This document shows positions 27,735 through 40,787 of a stretch of DNA of 64,000 nt, in pieces (the first letter of the stretch is position 1; each line of letters opens with the position of its first letter). The notes under the pieces are model-generated. The model did no database searches, was not told where the DNA came from, and saw only the letters and a program-made list of their open reading frames with translations. Origin of the DNA: Amoebidium appalachense (Eukaryota > Protista > Ichthyosporea); the NCBI GenBank assembly GCA_963693365.1, contig CAVNZM010000009.1, positions 4,289,146-4,353,145 of the forward strand. The letters run 5' to 3'. A program made the position numbers and the translations under genes.

Positions 27735-29303
27735 ATTCTCACACCCGGGGTGACCCTCCTTCCTCTTGGGGGTCGGGGGAGTGGGACCGGTGCTGTCCCG
27801 GTCCCCCCCCCATCGTGTCGGGTGACATTTTGGTGGCTAACGTTAAATAAAGTTGTTCCCCCTCCTCCTGAGTCACCCTTCGAGCCGGCATCCTCCTTTT
27901 GGGTAATAAGAGAGACCTCTATACTACCAATCTCATTAGTGAAACTACCGACGGAAACACCTGACCTAATCACTATAGGCTCGATGCCCGGATTCACTAA
28001 TTCTATTTCTATTGTCTTATCCGGCCATACCCTACTAAGGGTCCATTGGGCCACCTCCTGAAATGGGGTTTTCGGAGTAAAAACCCCTAAATCCCCTATC
28101 CTAACATGATTGCCGGCCCGGACACGTACCGTTTGGCACTGATAAGGCTCGATTACTACTTCAGCTACCGTTCTAGCACCAGACTGATAACCGTCGAGCC
28201 CATCATGGGTTTTAATTTTAACGCCGGACTGCAATTCTAAAACATTCGTACGTTCAAACAAAGCATTCACATGTCTACGGAAAAATGGGGCTCCCAACAA
28301 AACACTTTGAGCTAAATCCTTAACCACATAACAAGCAATATGCATAGCCTGGCCACCTATCTCACACGGCAACACACAAACACCTTCCACAGACATACTA
28401 CTATTATTAGCACTACCTAAGGCTGTGCTAGAAGCATCTAAAATAGGAATTTCCCCCCCCGGCCTGATTAAAACGACGAATAAACGAAGCATGCACACAA
28501 TTAACCTGAGCCCCTCCATCGAGCAAAGCAACAGCCTTCAACTTACCATCAGCTAACCATACGTCTATATAATGCCGGCTAAAACCAACTAAATCCTCCT
28601 CCAATTCAAGCAACACATCATCACTCACACCCAATCCCTGCCCACGAAGACTTACACCCTCGATACCTACGTGTAACATACCTACCTGTGGTGCCTGCAC
28701 GGGTGGGGTGGGGTGTGTATGTGGTGTGGGTGGTGGTGGAGTGTGTGTGTGTGATGTGTGGGTGGGTGGTGTGTGTGTGTTTGGTGTATGTGTGGGTGTG
28801 TGTGTGGGTGTAGGTGTGTCTGCAACCGTCGTATGTTGTTGTGGTGGTGTGTTTCTACGTGTCTGTGTCTTCCCCCCCCTTCCCCCTTTACTCGTGTGTG
28901 TCCCCCCCCTCCCGGAAACAATGGCACAGAAACCCCCTCCGGTGTGGTTAGAATAAACACCGGGTTGGGACAAGAAACACTGAGACCATCCACTTGTGGC
29001 TGGGGAACCTCCCCCAACCACAAAACATTCACACCATTCATACCTTTGGTAGAGTCACCCCACAAACATTCATGCCATACCACCTCGACGCTGTCTTGAG
29101 GACCCACGACGATGCCCCTCGTCGAACTGCTGCTGCTGTCCGCTACGTCCACCACGCCCACGACCGCTGGTGTTTGAGTGTAAACTAAAAGCTGTTGTGT
29201 TTCTGGCGTCTATAGCTAGTGTGTGAACCTGTGGTATCTGTGTGTGCAGGGAGCTATCCTCCGCTGCCAACGCGTAGAACATATCTACGTGAAACTTAGC
29301 CAT
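27704..29303 (-). pseudogene. Gypsy 5' coding region: short leader with in-frame stops, aspartic protease and linker
   Basis: AVALLDGGAQVNCV and VLLGAPF protease motifs. The frame 29303-28428 is broken by two TGA codons and then shifts at a G-run. Confidence 0.75.
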
Positions 29304-32300
29304 GGTGTTGTGTGTGCCCTAGTTGAGAGGTTGTGTTTATGTTTGTGTTTTTGAGGTGTAGCAACAGCCCAGAAGGAACTGTCACCGCGTTACCCTAGCG
29401 CGAAAAACCGCACTAAAAGAAAGGTGTAGCTTGTCGTATCCTAATATATGTGTACTAGAGACGCGGCACTCTATTAAGTGTACACACACGAAAAGGAACG
29501 AACGTGTACAGAAAAACGGTAAAGTTTATTAAGACCAGGCTCCGACGGGCAACTTAGATCCGAACGGAATGAGTCTAAGTAACGACTGAGGCCATCAAGG
29601 CCGTGCCCTACAAGATCATCATCACCTGGCCCCCTACGATGCCACATTCCATTAACATTCCGATCTACTTTTATCGTGCGCCTGCACGAGCTAAGTCGAT
29701 CTACTCAACTAATATATTTATCCAAGTCTCACCCCTCACCCTCCCCCTAGTGGCACCGCAGAGTCTAAATCTACATTTCATACTATCCTCCTCCCCCCCT
29801 CCCTTCCCCCCTTTCCTCTACATCTACATATATAAATACGTTTGGCAACATATACTATCAAACCTTGCCAATCCTTACAAAAGGGCTTCTGCCCGAACAA
29901 TCACATTCCTAAGTCCTCCTACGATCTATCCTATACACTAATTAGAATTCTATTGGACGGCTGTCCCGGCTGACGTGGTCCAATGCCCTGCGCCGGCAGA
30001 GGCAACATCAGCAAACTTCATCCGGCATCCGAAACCCATCTTATATATCATTTTGATATATGGCATACCAAACCCCACCCTAAATACGTCAAAAAGAGCC
30101 TGACAAGATATCATAGAATTCCCGGATAGAACCCATCAGATCCCTATCAATGATATCTTTGATAGGGTTCGGATTGGTTATGGTATGGCGCATATCCGAA
30201 ACCCATCCTTTGCTGATATCCTTACGATATCCTTACGATATCATAGAAAACCACGATGGTTTTGGTTTTTGACCGAAAATCTCAAAATTTCCTCATAGCA
30301 TTATGATATCCATATGCTATCCTAGTGATATGTATGTTAGCAAGGTCATAATAGCTCTTTTGGATATGTTTCACATACGTTTAGGATATTGGTGCCCCAA
30401 ACGATATCTGTTAGATGTCTTTGTTATAGCCTACAGATATCCCTCATTATAGAATATCTTAATCCCATCCAATACGCATTACATGACGATATCTACCTGA
30501 TGTCGTGGGACAATACAAATTGATATCCACGTGATATCTGATGGATAACATGTATGCTTATAAATTGAATATAATACAGATGTTGTTTTGATATCGTCTG
30601 GACATCGTTGTGATGTACCTACAACCATTTTTTTGATATCGTTATGCGCCCATGGGGGTAATCCAGAAGATACCCTTGTACACAACCAGTAGGCATGTTG
30701 AAGACATCCTTTTGATATCCTTTCGGATATCCCTTTGTCCACAGGCCCAAGATATGATATCTAATTCATATCATTGTACAGGTCGTAAGGATATGTACCA
30801 AATATATCTAAATAAAGACTTGTGATATATGTGATTGGTATGTGTAAGATGCCCCTATGTACATCAATGTGATATGCTGTAACTTATCATTTGAATATCC
30901 CGCTCTGTCTAAAACGGCAGCATTGTGGGTATCCTTTTGATATTCTTTTTGATATCCCTTTTATATTCAATATGTTATCTGTTTTTGGTCCTACATCTCA
31001 AACATATCACAACTGCCTCTTTGCAGGCCCAAGCTACGATATCTAATTCATATCTTTGTACACGTCGTAAGGATATGTACCTGATATATCTAAATAAAGA
31101 CTAGTGAGTTGTGTGATTGATATCGGTAAGATGTCGCTATGTACATCAATGTGATATGCTGTAACCTATCATTTGAATATCCTAATCTGTCCAGAGCAGT
31201 AGTCCACGAGGTATCATCTACATATCTTTTAGAGGCCCTTAGATTATCATTGCGATATCCGCATAGGGATATATTTATATATCGAATTCATAAGTATATG
31301 ATACATAAGCTTGCCATCCCAGTGATATCTAAGCGGCAGTATTGTGGATATTAGAAAGATATCAGAAGAACATCCGTGCAGTAGAAGGTCAGTGTCTTTT
31401 GTAAGTACATCAATGTGATATCTAAACGGCAGCATTGTGGATATTAGAAAGATATCAGAAGAACAATCGAAAAATCCTTTAGATGTCTATTAGATGTCCG
31501 ATGAGAATGGTTGCGATATACGCGCAAAGAAAATTTTTGTGATCAAGCCAGCTGAGCAATCGTTGGGAAACCCGCCAATTACTCACACGGGGCATTGCGG
31601 GGCTCATTGCGGCCATCTGAATGTGATGGTGGCATGGCCATTTATATAGGGCCAGGAAATCACTTTTCCGTTCGATTGTGGGACGAAAATCACAAAATGG
31701 CAAACCCGATTTTGATTGGTTGTTATTCTTCAAAACGGCATGCTCAGGGTCACCCAACTGTGATCAGCCAATCACGTTTCATGTTTAATTGAGATTATCG
31801 CATACATCTAATGAAGATATGTTTCTGCCATCTTTACGACATCGCAACGACCTGATCTTCTATGGTCTCATCTTGTACATATCCCACAGGGGTCATAAAC
31901 ATCTCATAATGATATTTGTTAGATAAACACGCAACCACAACGGCCGCAAATAAAACTAAATTACCCCATTTGGCAAGTGCCATGTGGCAGAGTGTAAATT
32001 GCGAACGTCCGAAACACTAAACACTAGGCAAAATAGAGCAATCTAGTAACTACATAGTACCAATTTCGAGCATCGAAGCAGGAAAATGGTTATTTATTGC
32101 AATTTTATATTTTGTGTGTTCCGAGGATGTTACCACCTTTGAAGGTTTATTAGCGCCTGAAAACAATACCTTACTGCATTAGGGCGGGTGCACATCACAG
32201 GCACGTGCACATTCTCCGGACACCAGATGATATATCGCAAGATATCCGTACGATATCTAATGTATGTATTGTTGATATCATTCTATTCTCATGCATCGTA

Positions 32301-32477
32301 GTTATAATGAACGTTACCATTTTATGACTATTTATGATATAAAACGCTAGTTACGCTTGTGCTTTCTATAACCGGTAACGCACGTTAACATTATGCCTCC
32401 GCGCGCGTGAACTACAAAGTATGTGAAAACTGCAACGTAGTGATACACACTCTTCTTCTGAACCTATGTCGTCAATC

Positions 32478-32590
32478 ATGACACACACACACACACACAC
32501 ACACAGCGAGACACGCACGCTGCCACACACACACACACAAACACACACACACAGAGAGAGATACACACACACAGACAGACACGTTGCCCT

Positions 32591-32621
<31 letters not shown>

Positions 32622-32654
32622 GCCACACACACACACACACACACAGGCACGTTG

Positions 32655-32728
<74 letters not shown>

Positions 32729-32768
32729 ACACACACGTTACCATGCGCACCTACCCCCCCCCCCCCCC

Positions 32769-32820
<52 letters not shown>

Positions 32821-32887
32821 ACACGTACATACACACACCCAAACACATGCCCGTGTGCACGTACATCGGTAGACACGAACGCGCGAG

Positions 32888-32919
<32 letters not shown>

Positions 32920-32920
32920 G
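32478..32920. repeat. (CA)n / poly-C compound microsatellite
   Basis: Direct reading, with interspersed CACGTTGCCAC units. Confidence 0.95.
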
Positions 32921-33029
32921 TGTTCACATAAAGACAGGGTACACCACGGTTGCCTCGATATTCCTCTGTTCTTTATCTACACATTCTCGGCTCACTCTCC
33001 CGTTCATAAAATATCTCCTCCCTTGTAGC

Positions 33030-34942
33030 ACCTTGTAGCATAGTATATGTACATATGTTACCTAGACATTATTGGTTTTTCAATAACTACCCACAGAACA
33101 GCCTCTAGCACGAGAAATTTACCACAACGTTTATGGGGGGGATGGTAAATGTGCCCCTGGAGTACGAGGGTCACACGAAAAAAACACAACCTTGTAGCTC
33201 GAATAGAACCCCCCTTGTAGCATAGTATAAGTACATGTGTTACCTAGACATTATTCGTTTTTTCAATAACTACCCACAGAACAGCTTCTAGCACGAGAGC
33301 TTTACCACAAAGTTTATGGGGGGGATGGTGAATGTGCCCCTGGAGTACGAGGGTCACACGAAAAAAACACAACGTTGTAGCTCGTATAGAACCCCCCTTG
33401 TAGCATAGTATATGTACATAGTATGTTACCTAGACATTATTGGTTTTTTCAATAACTACCCACAGAACAGCTTCTAGCACGAGACAATTAGCACAAAGTT
33501 TATGGGGGAGATGGTGAATGTGCCCCTGGAGTACGAGGGTCACACGAAAAAAACACAATGTTGTAGCTCGAATAGACCCCCCTTGTAGCATAGTATATGT
33601 CCATGTGTTACCTAGACATTATTGGTTGTTTCAATAACTACCCACAGAACAGCTTCTAGCACGAGACATTTACCACAACGTGTATGGGGGGGATGTTGAA
33701 TGTGCCCCTGGAGTACAAGGGTCACACGAAAAAAACACAACGTTGTAGCTCGTATAGAACCCCCCTTGTAGCATAGTATATGTACATAGTATGTTACCTA
33801 GACATTATTGGTTTTTTCAATAACTACCCACAGAACAGCTTCTAGCACGAGAGCTTTACCACAACGTTTATGGGGGGGATGGTGAATGTGCCCCTGGAGT
33901 ACGAGGGTCACACGAAAAAAACACAACGTTGTAGCTCGTATAGAACCCCCCTTGTAGCATAGTATATGTACATATGTTACCTAGACATTATTGGTTTTTC
34001 AATAGCTACCCACAGAACAGCCTCTAGCACGAGAGATTTACCACAAAGTTTATGGGGGGGGATGGGGAATGTGCCCCTGGAGTACGAGGGTCACACGAAA
34101 AAAACACAACATTGTAGCTCGAATAGAACCCCCCTTGTAGCATAGTATAAGTACATGTGTTACCTAGACATTATTCGTTTTTTCAATAACTACCCACAGA
34201 ACAGCTTCTAGCACGAGAGCTTTACCACAACGTGTATGGGGGGGATGGTGAATGTGCCCCTGGAGTACGAGGGTCACACGAAAAAAGCACAACGTTGTAG
34301 CTCGTATAGAACCCCCCTTGTAGCATAGTACATACATAGTATGTTACCTAGACATTATTGGTTTTTTCAATAACTACCCACAGAACAGCTTCTAGCACGA
34401 GAGCTTTACCACAACGTTTATGGGGGGGATGGTGAATGTGCCCCTGGAGTACGAGGGTCACACGAAAAAAACACAACGTTGTAGCTCGTATAGAACCCCC
34501 CTTGTAGCATAGTATATGTACATATATATGTTACCTAGACATTATTGGTTTTTCAATAACTACCCACAGAACAGCCTCTAGGACGAGAGATTTACCACAA
34601 CGTTTATGGGGTGGATGGTGAATGTGCCCCTAGAGTACGAGGGTCACACGAAAAAAACACAACATTGTAGCTCGAATAGAACCCCCCTTGTAGCATAGCA
34701 TATGTACATGTGTTACCTAGACATTATTCGTTTTTTCAATAACTACCCACAGAACAGCTTCTAGCACGAGAACTTTACCACAAAGTTTATGGGGGGGATG
34801 GTGAATGTGCCCCTGGAGTACGAGGGTCACACGAAAAAAACACAACGTTGTAGCTCGTATAGAACCCCCTTTGTAGCATAGTATATGTACATCATACGGT
34901 ATGTTACCTAGACATTATTGGTTTTTTCAATAACTACCCACA
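33030..34942. repeat. Tandem satellite, unit ~183 bp, 10 full copies plus a partial one
   Basis: CCTTGTAGCATAGTA...TTACCTAGACATTATT...GTGCCCCTGGAGTACGAGGGTCACACG...TAGAACCCCC recurs head-to-tail with no unique spacers. Confidence 0.97.
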
Positions 34943-35052
34943 TGCGGCATGTGTTACTTTCACGTTATTGGTTTCCTAGCACGGGATATTCAGCACACAG
35001 TTGGGGATGTGGGGGCAGTGTACACCTCAATATTGGTAAGGTGGTGGGTGGG

Positions 35053-35087
<35 letters not shown>

Positions 35088-35217
35088 GGGGGGGGGGGGG
35101 TTCCACACAACCGAAACTGTCGGTGTTACAAGTGGTTCGGTCTTAAGAAGTTAGAACGGTGATTTTTTAATTAATAGCGGGAAACAATATTATCCCCATT
35201 GCATATGGGGGGAACGA

Positions 35218-35251
<34 letters not shown>

Positions 35252-35652
35252 CACAACGAATTCTATCGACTGTGCATAATTAATGTATATTGCACATGTA
35301 GCCTGAAAGATTAAAGTGAATGTGTGTATGTATATGTGCGAGTATATTTGTGTATGCAATACATGTACAATGTTTTCGTCTTTGTAGGTGGGTGGGTGGG
35401 GTGGGTGGGGGGGGGGGGGGGGGGGGGGGGGGGGTGCGGGGGGGGGGGAAGAGGGGAGGGGGGGGAGGGGGCATCATAATCAGGGATAACAGGGTGTGTG
35501 CGTGTGTGCGCTTGTGTGTGCATGTGCTGTGTGTGTTGTGTAGGTGTGCGCCTGTGTGTGTGTGCGTGCCTGTGTGTGCGCGCCTGTGTGTGTGTGTGTG
35601 TGTGTGTGTGCAGTGTGCATGTGTGAGTGTGTGTGCGTGCGCGCGTGCGCGC

Positions 35653-35683
<31 letters not shown>

Positions 35684-36541
35684 TGTGATTTCAAAGAAGT
35701 CGAAAGCGCCAGTGACACCCATGTTGAAAAAAAGACAAGCAAGCACGCTAAGAAGGACAGCAAGAAGTAACAGAAACCCTTTCATGCCGAAAAAATGGTC
35801 AAGAACAAAGAAGTGGAGGACACGTAACTATAGTCTGATAGTTGTGACTAAGGGCACTAAGGGTAGCGCTAAGGGCACCAAGCTGATGCACGCGCGCGCG
35901 CGAGCCGAAATCTATTTTTATCTTTTTCCTAATCAGGCGCGGCGAATAGTGATTGGCTAAATCCCAATCCGGTTTGCAATTTTTTTCTCCATTTAAGCCT
36001 GTACGCACGTTGTTTTCTCCATTTCTCTTCCCCCTTCCCGCAGGTCCGCAGGTCCTTTCCCGCAGGTCGCCTGGTCGCAGGTCCCTTCCCGCAGGTCGCC
36101 TGGTCGCAGTTCCCTTCCCGCAGCGCCTGGTCACAGATCCCCTCCGCAGATCGCGCAGCCACCGTGCTGATTGTTTTGGACCATGCTGCATGCTGCAGCT
36201 TCTTCTTGAAGGTTAGTTTTGTGTTGCCTGCTTTTGTGCATATGGCGTTTGTCTGTCTGGTCTGTGTCTGTGTCTGTGTGTGTGTGTGTGTATGTGTGTG
36301 TGCGTGCGTGCGTGTGCGTGTGTCTGCTGGCTGCAGATGCACGTTGCCTTTCACGTTCATGAACCAGCGACTGTGGGCACTACTTTTGCTGTTAGCACTA
36401 TAGCTATCATCCCCTCCACCGATCGTTCAAGCTATTTTCTGCTTCTCTAGACTTCATAAGTTCTGGTCCGGGTTTCCGTCCTTACTATGTTTAAGGTTGG
36501 TTCTGTCGACTCTTTTTTTGCCACTCTCAGTCAGCCCCCTC

Positions 36542-36578
<37 letters not shown>

Positions 36579-37176
36579 CCCCACTTCTCGCAAGTAGGAT
36601 GAGCTAATTCTTAGCTCGAGTTCCTTTACAGGTTTTGGCAAGGTTGGCCCATGAAGTCATCAGCAGCTATAAGGCTACGTTATCATCTAGAGGTGGGTAC
36701 CGGCTCTTTGTCCTATGGCTGCTGTTGTTTCCGTTTTTCGTTTCATAGGTGGGTACCGGCTCTTTGTCCTGTTAAGGTAAATAAAGTATGGAGGCAAGAC
36801 CCTGTGGGTCTGGTTCTTTGTCCTATGGCTGCTGTTGTTTCCGTGTTTCGTTTCTGTGTTGCTCTTATAGCACATGAATGATCATGTGCATGTTTAGCAC
36901 CCATAGGTGGGTACCGGCTCTTTGTCCTGTTAATTACTCTGCCGGCATTTGGTATGGTATGGTTTGGTGTAAGAGTGCCCCCCTTATATTGTCATGTTGG
37001 GCGTCCTTTTTTTTTTTTTTGGGCCTCATACCCATACACACACACCTTGTTACTCTTCTGTCAAGGGATTAGCATGTGTTTAGTTTAATGATGTTGGGAG
37101 CTTCTTAGAAACCCGCATAATAGTTTGCTTGTTTTGAGTTTTGTTTATGTTCGTTGCTGCTCTTTTATACTCCTTC

Positions 37177-37207
<31 letters not shown>

Positions 37208-37589
37208 AAAAGAGTGACTTTTCTTTTTTTTTCTTTTTTTCTTTTTTTTTGTGTGTGTGTGTGCGAAGAGAAAAAGTAACAGAGCTTTTTATTATTTTTA
37301 TTATTATTATTATTATTTTGTGTGTGTCTGTGTATTTATTTTGTGTGTTTTCGTAGTTCGAATAAATTGTGTGAAGACATGTCCCGAGGACATGTCTTTA
37401 AAAATATTTGTCTTAGAAAATATTTGAAGTGACAGACACGCCCCAGTGGGACATAACCCTACGTAAAAGATAATAGATGAGTTATAGTTGACACGTTCCA
37501 GTGGGACGTGTCTGCAGAAAATGGATCTGTAATCAGCGGCTCGACGACATATGACCACGTGACAGGCAGGTTCGAAAGGGGTGAGGGGC

Positions 37590-37620
<31 letters not shown>

Positions 37621-38460
37621 AAACGACATCAAACAGTGATCGGAAACGACGTCTGGATGATATCAACTTTGAAAATGGCTCAATCATATATATCAAGACA
37701 TAACATAATGATATGAAAAGGATAATATAACTATATTGCGAAAATCATTCTTAATAAATCTTAATTATACCTTAAATTTATCGTTTTGATATATGTGCTG
37801 TATGTCAAAAAGATGTGACAGAGTTATGTTAACGATATGCTACTAATATCATAAGGAATGGTTAGCTGATAAACTACTATATGTTTTAACGATATGTAAC
37901 AGATACTAGAAAGATGTCGTGTAGAGGACATACAGCCAGAACTTCTCATATCTTTAAAGGCTCCTAAAACTATCAAAACGATATTATTACGAAATTTCTT
38001 TTGACCCATCCTAGTTATCTTTATGTTATGAGGCCTATATCGTTATGATATTTAACGTATGATCTTTAGATAATGTTTTCGGCATCCTATACCTATCCGT
38101 TGTATATGAAAAGGACATCTGTAATAGTATCTTATAGATGTATTACCATATACGAAACCTCCTATAATGACCTCGAAATGATATCATATAGATATATATG
38201 TATCTTATGATCGATTATCATATATATCGTAAGGATATGTGATAGCTACCATAAGGATATGGGGAAGGGCTTCTAATCCGCTATTAGAGATATCTTTATT
38301 ATGTCTAAAACGCTTCTGAACATCAGACTAAAAAGATTTTATGATATCAAATAGACTATCATAATGGTATCATACGGATATAACGAGGTTGTTGAATACA
38401 TGGAACACAGGATAGAACAACGATGGGTTCAGGGTGCTCCGTATGAGCCCATTATGAGAT

Positions 38461-38879
38461 CATATTGCCAAATATGGCACTCGCAAGTGTATAACACCTA
38501 AATACATATTACCTTCCTGTAGAACTGGTCTTTCTCTAGCTGATGGTATTATTGATCAATTACCACGCTTTTACTGTACACGTGCTATACAGTGGAGATC
38601 TAATAAGTATAAGGTGGCATCATTTGCATGCCCAAACAACACACACACACACCAGTTTAACCGGTCATGTATCGCCAAATGTAGTTTGATAGACCACATA
38701 ATACCGCAACACACACACGTCACATTCACAACAGACACCCAGAAAGATAGCCTACCTGTAAATTACAACATCCTTGATTTTATACTAAACACGCGTAACT
38801 ACGACCTGTTTATTAGATGTATTGATTGGCTTGAGAAACACATCACTACAAAATTATAGCGCACGCGCACACACACACA

Positions 38880-38942
<63 letters not shown>

Positions 38943-38974
38943 CCAGCTGATACCGAGTGTCCCGAGGGGAGCCC

Positions 38975-39022
<48 letters not shown>

Positions 39023-39217
39023 GGGGAACCCCAACTAATTGATTTCTCCTTGTAGTCTTTATGGTGTCTCGTAGAGAAAGTAAACCCTGATATATAGTCA
39101 CCACCCGACATCTATGTACGTGATCATGATATACCGCTGAGGGGATATTCCGAGCAAAAACCCCCCCCCCATACCTGAGACTGGTTCTCTTTGCCTCGAG
39201 TAAACAGCGTAAACCCC
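38461..39217 (+). mobile_element. Heavily 5'-truncated LINE fragment inside element 2
   Basis: Matches 52406-53152. AGATCAT is duplicated at 38457-38463 and 39218-39224. Confidence 0.92.
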
Positions 39218-39477
39218 AGATCATTTTGATATCTAGCAAAAGATACCAAAATGATATCCAGAAAACCCGTGATAGCAAAACGATGCTGTTATGTTATCTA
39301 AAAGACAAGAGGGGGATAAAGAGTGGCAAAAAGATGGGTTTATGGGTTTATGATATCTTTAATGGGTTTTTAATGGGTTTCGGATGCCGGATGAAGTTTG
39401 CTGATGAAGATGATGCACGCAGCTGCACAGCTATCTTGAGGCCCCGGACTTGATCTTGATGATCTGTGACCCGGGCC

Positions 39478-39509
<32 letters not shown>

Positions 39510-39565
39510 ATCTCGATCGTAGACTTAGGCTAATCTGCTGAGACGGATTAGTATATGTCAGACGG

Positions 39566-40787
39566 TACGGAGTGGCTCAGGGGCCGGGGGGGTGTCTGGG
39601 ACAGACACTCGGTGGTCGGGGATGGGGGCCTGGAAGCCAGGGATGGGTGCCGTGTTGAGGGGGGAGTCGGATAACACGGGGCTGGACGGGGCCGAGTGGA
39701 ACTCCGGAGACCCAGGACGAACCGGGGTGAGATGACCAGGTACGTGGTCATTGACGGCAGGGGCCGGCAGCAGGGGTTGCTGGCCGGTGGGGGGGGGGGT
39801 GGGTGGAGCCACGGGGGCAGGTACACGACGGGGGGAACGACGGATAATCACCGACGGAATTTCATCGTCATCGGAATTGGAATTTCCGGAATGCAGGGAT
39901 GGATCGATTGAGGTCGTCTGATTGGTGGCCGGCACAGAAATCTGATTGGATGCCGTGGTGAATTGTGATTCGTCGAAGACGACATCGCGGTAGAGGTTGA
40001 CCGTGTTGCCACGTAGATTCATGATCTTGTGGGCTTTGTTGGTGATATCCCAGCCCACGTAGGTGCCGAGTTTGACGGTAGAGGCCAACTTGTCTCGTTT
40101 GGATGCAGGGACGTGTACATAGGCTGGGCAGCCGAACACGTGCAGGTGGGAGATGTCAGGCTTGACACCGTAGAAAATTTCAAACGGTGTACGGCCATTG
40201 GCAGCTCGGGCCGGGGTCACGTTGATGATGTAGGCAGCATGCTTGAGAGCAGCTCCCCACAGCTTGGGGGAAAGGGAGTCGGCCTTGTCCTGATGAAGGA
40301 AGCACCGAACGATCTCCTGCAGATCCCTCATCTTACGTTCAACGAAGCCGTTGAGTTGGGGGCAGTCAACCGGGGCAAATTCCTGAATGATGCCCTTGGA
40401 CTGGCAGTACTGCTCCATAGCGTGGGAGGTGAACTCGGACCCAGAGTCTGAACGGAAGTGGGTCACCACCTTGTCGGGTTGCTTGTCAGTAGTCTCAACC
40501 AGGGCCTTGACGTATTCGAGAGTTTCGGATCGATCACGGAGGAGGTACACGATGGTGTAGCCGGAGGCATCACAGGTACACACGAGGGCCACCTTGTAGC
40601 CACCATAGGAGGCACAGGGAGGCTCGAAGAAGTCCATGTGCCACTTGGCACCGGGGAAGGGGCACTGGGTTCTGGTGCCGGAGAATGGGGCCTTGGTGGT
40701 CTTGCCGGAGACACAACCGAAGCAGTCAGTGGTGTCAGCCACTGAGAGGGATGAGGGGAGGCCTGTCACGAGGTCACCTCTCACCAT
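39566..40787 (-). CDS. Copia integrase region
   Basis: CFGCVSGK, HMDFF, RSDSGSEF, PQLNGFVERKMR, HLHVFGCPAYVHVP, RDVVFDE. It continues into RT across the Gypsy insertion. Confidence 0.93.

Larger units (their letters stand above)
30006..39406. mobile_element. Non-autonomous CMC/CACTA-like TIR transposon, element 2 (9.4 kb), inserted in the Gypsy 5' LTR
   Basis: Perfect 34-bp TIRs CATCAGCAAACTTCATCCGGCATCCGAAACCCAT. The 2-bp TSD AA is shown by the empty site GAGGCAAGATGATG in the other LTR (~23690). GATATC-rich subtermini at 30006-31500 and 37700-39406. Confidence 0.95.
23123..39560 (-). mobile_element. Ty3/Gypsy chromodomain LTR retrotransposon nested in Copia pol
   Basis: LTRs at 23123-23836 and 29432-30005 + 39409-39560. 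TSD GACGG at 23118-23122 and 39561-39565. G-rich PPT next to 23836. Domain order PR-RT-RH-IN-CHD. Confidence 0.95.

Noticed and set aside
25900-28470. Programmed frameshifts in Gypsy pol
   Set aside because: The breaks fall at G homopolymer runs, so slippage mutation or sequencing error is the simpler explanation.
33030-34942. CRISPR-like array
   Set aside because: Whole units repeat head-to-tail without unique spacers, the context is eukaryotic and no cas genes are present.
36035-36930. Short local repeats (CCCGCAGGTCGCCTGGTCGCAG; AGGTGGGTACCGGCTCTTTGTCCT x3)
   Set aside because: Real but irregular low-copy duplications inside element 2, with no supportable function.
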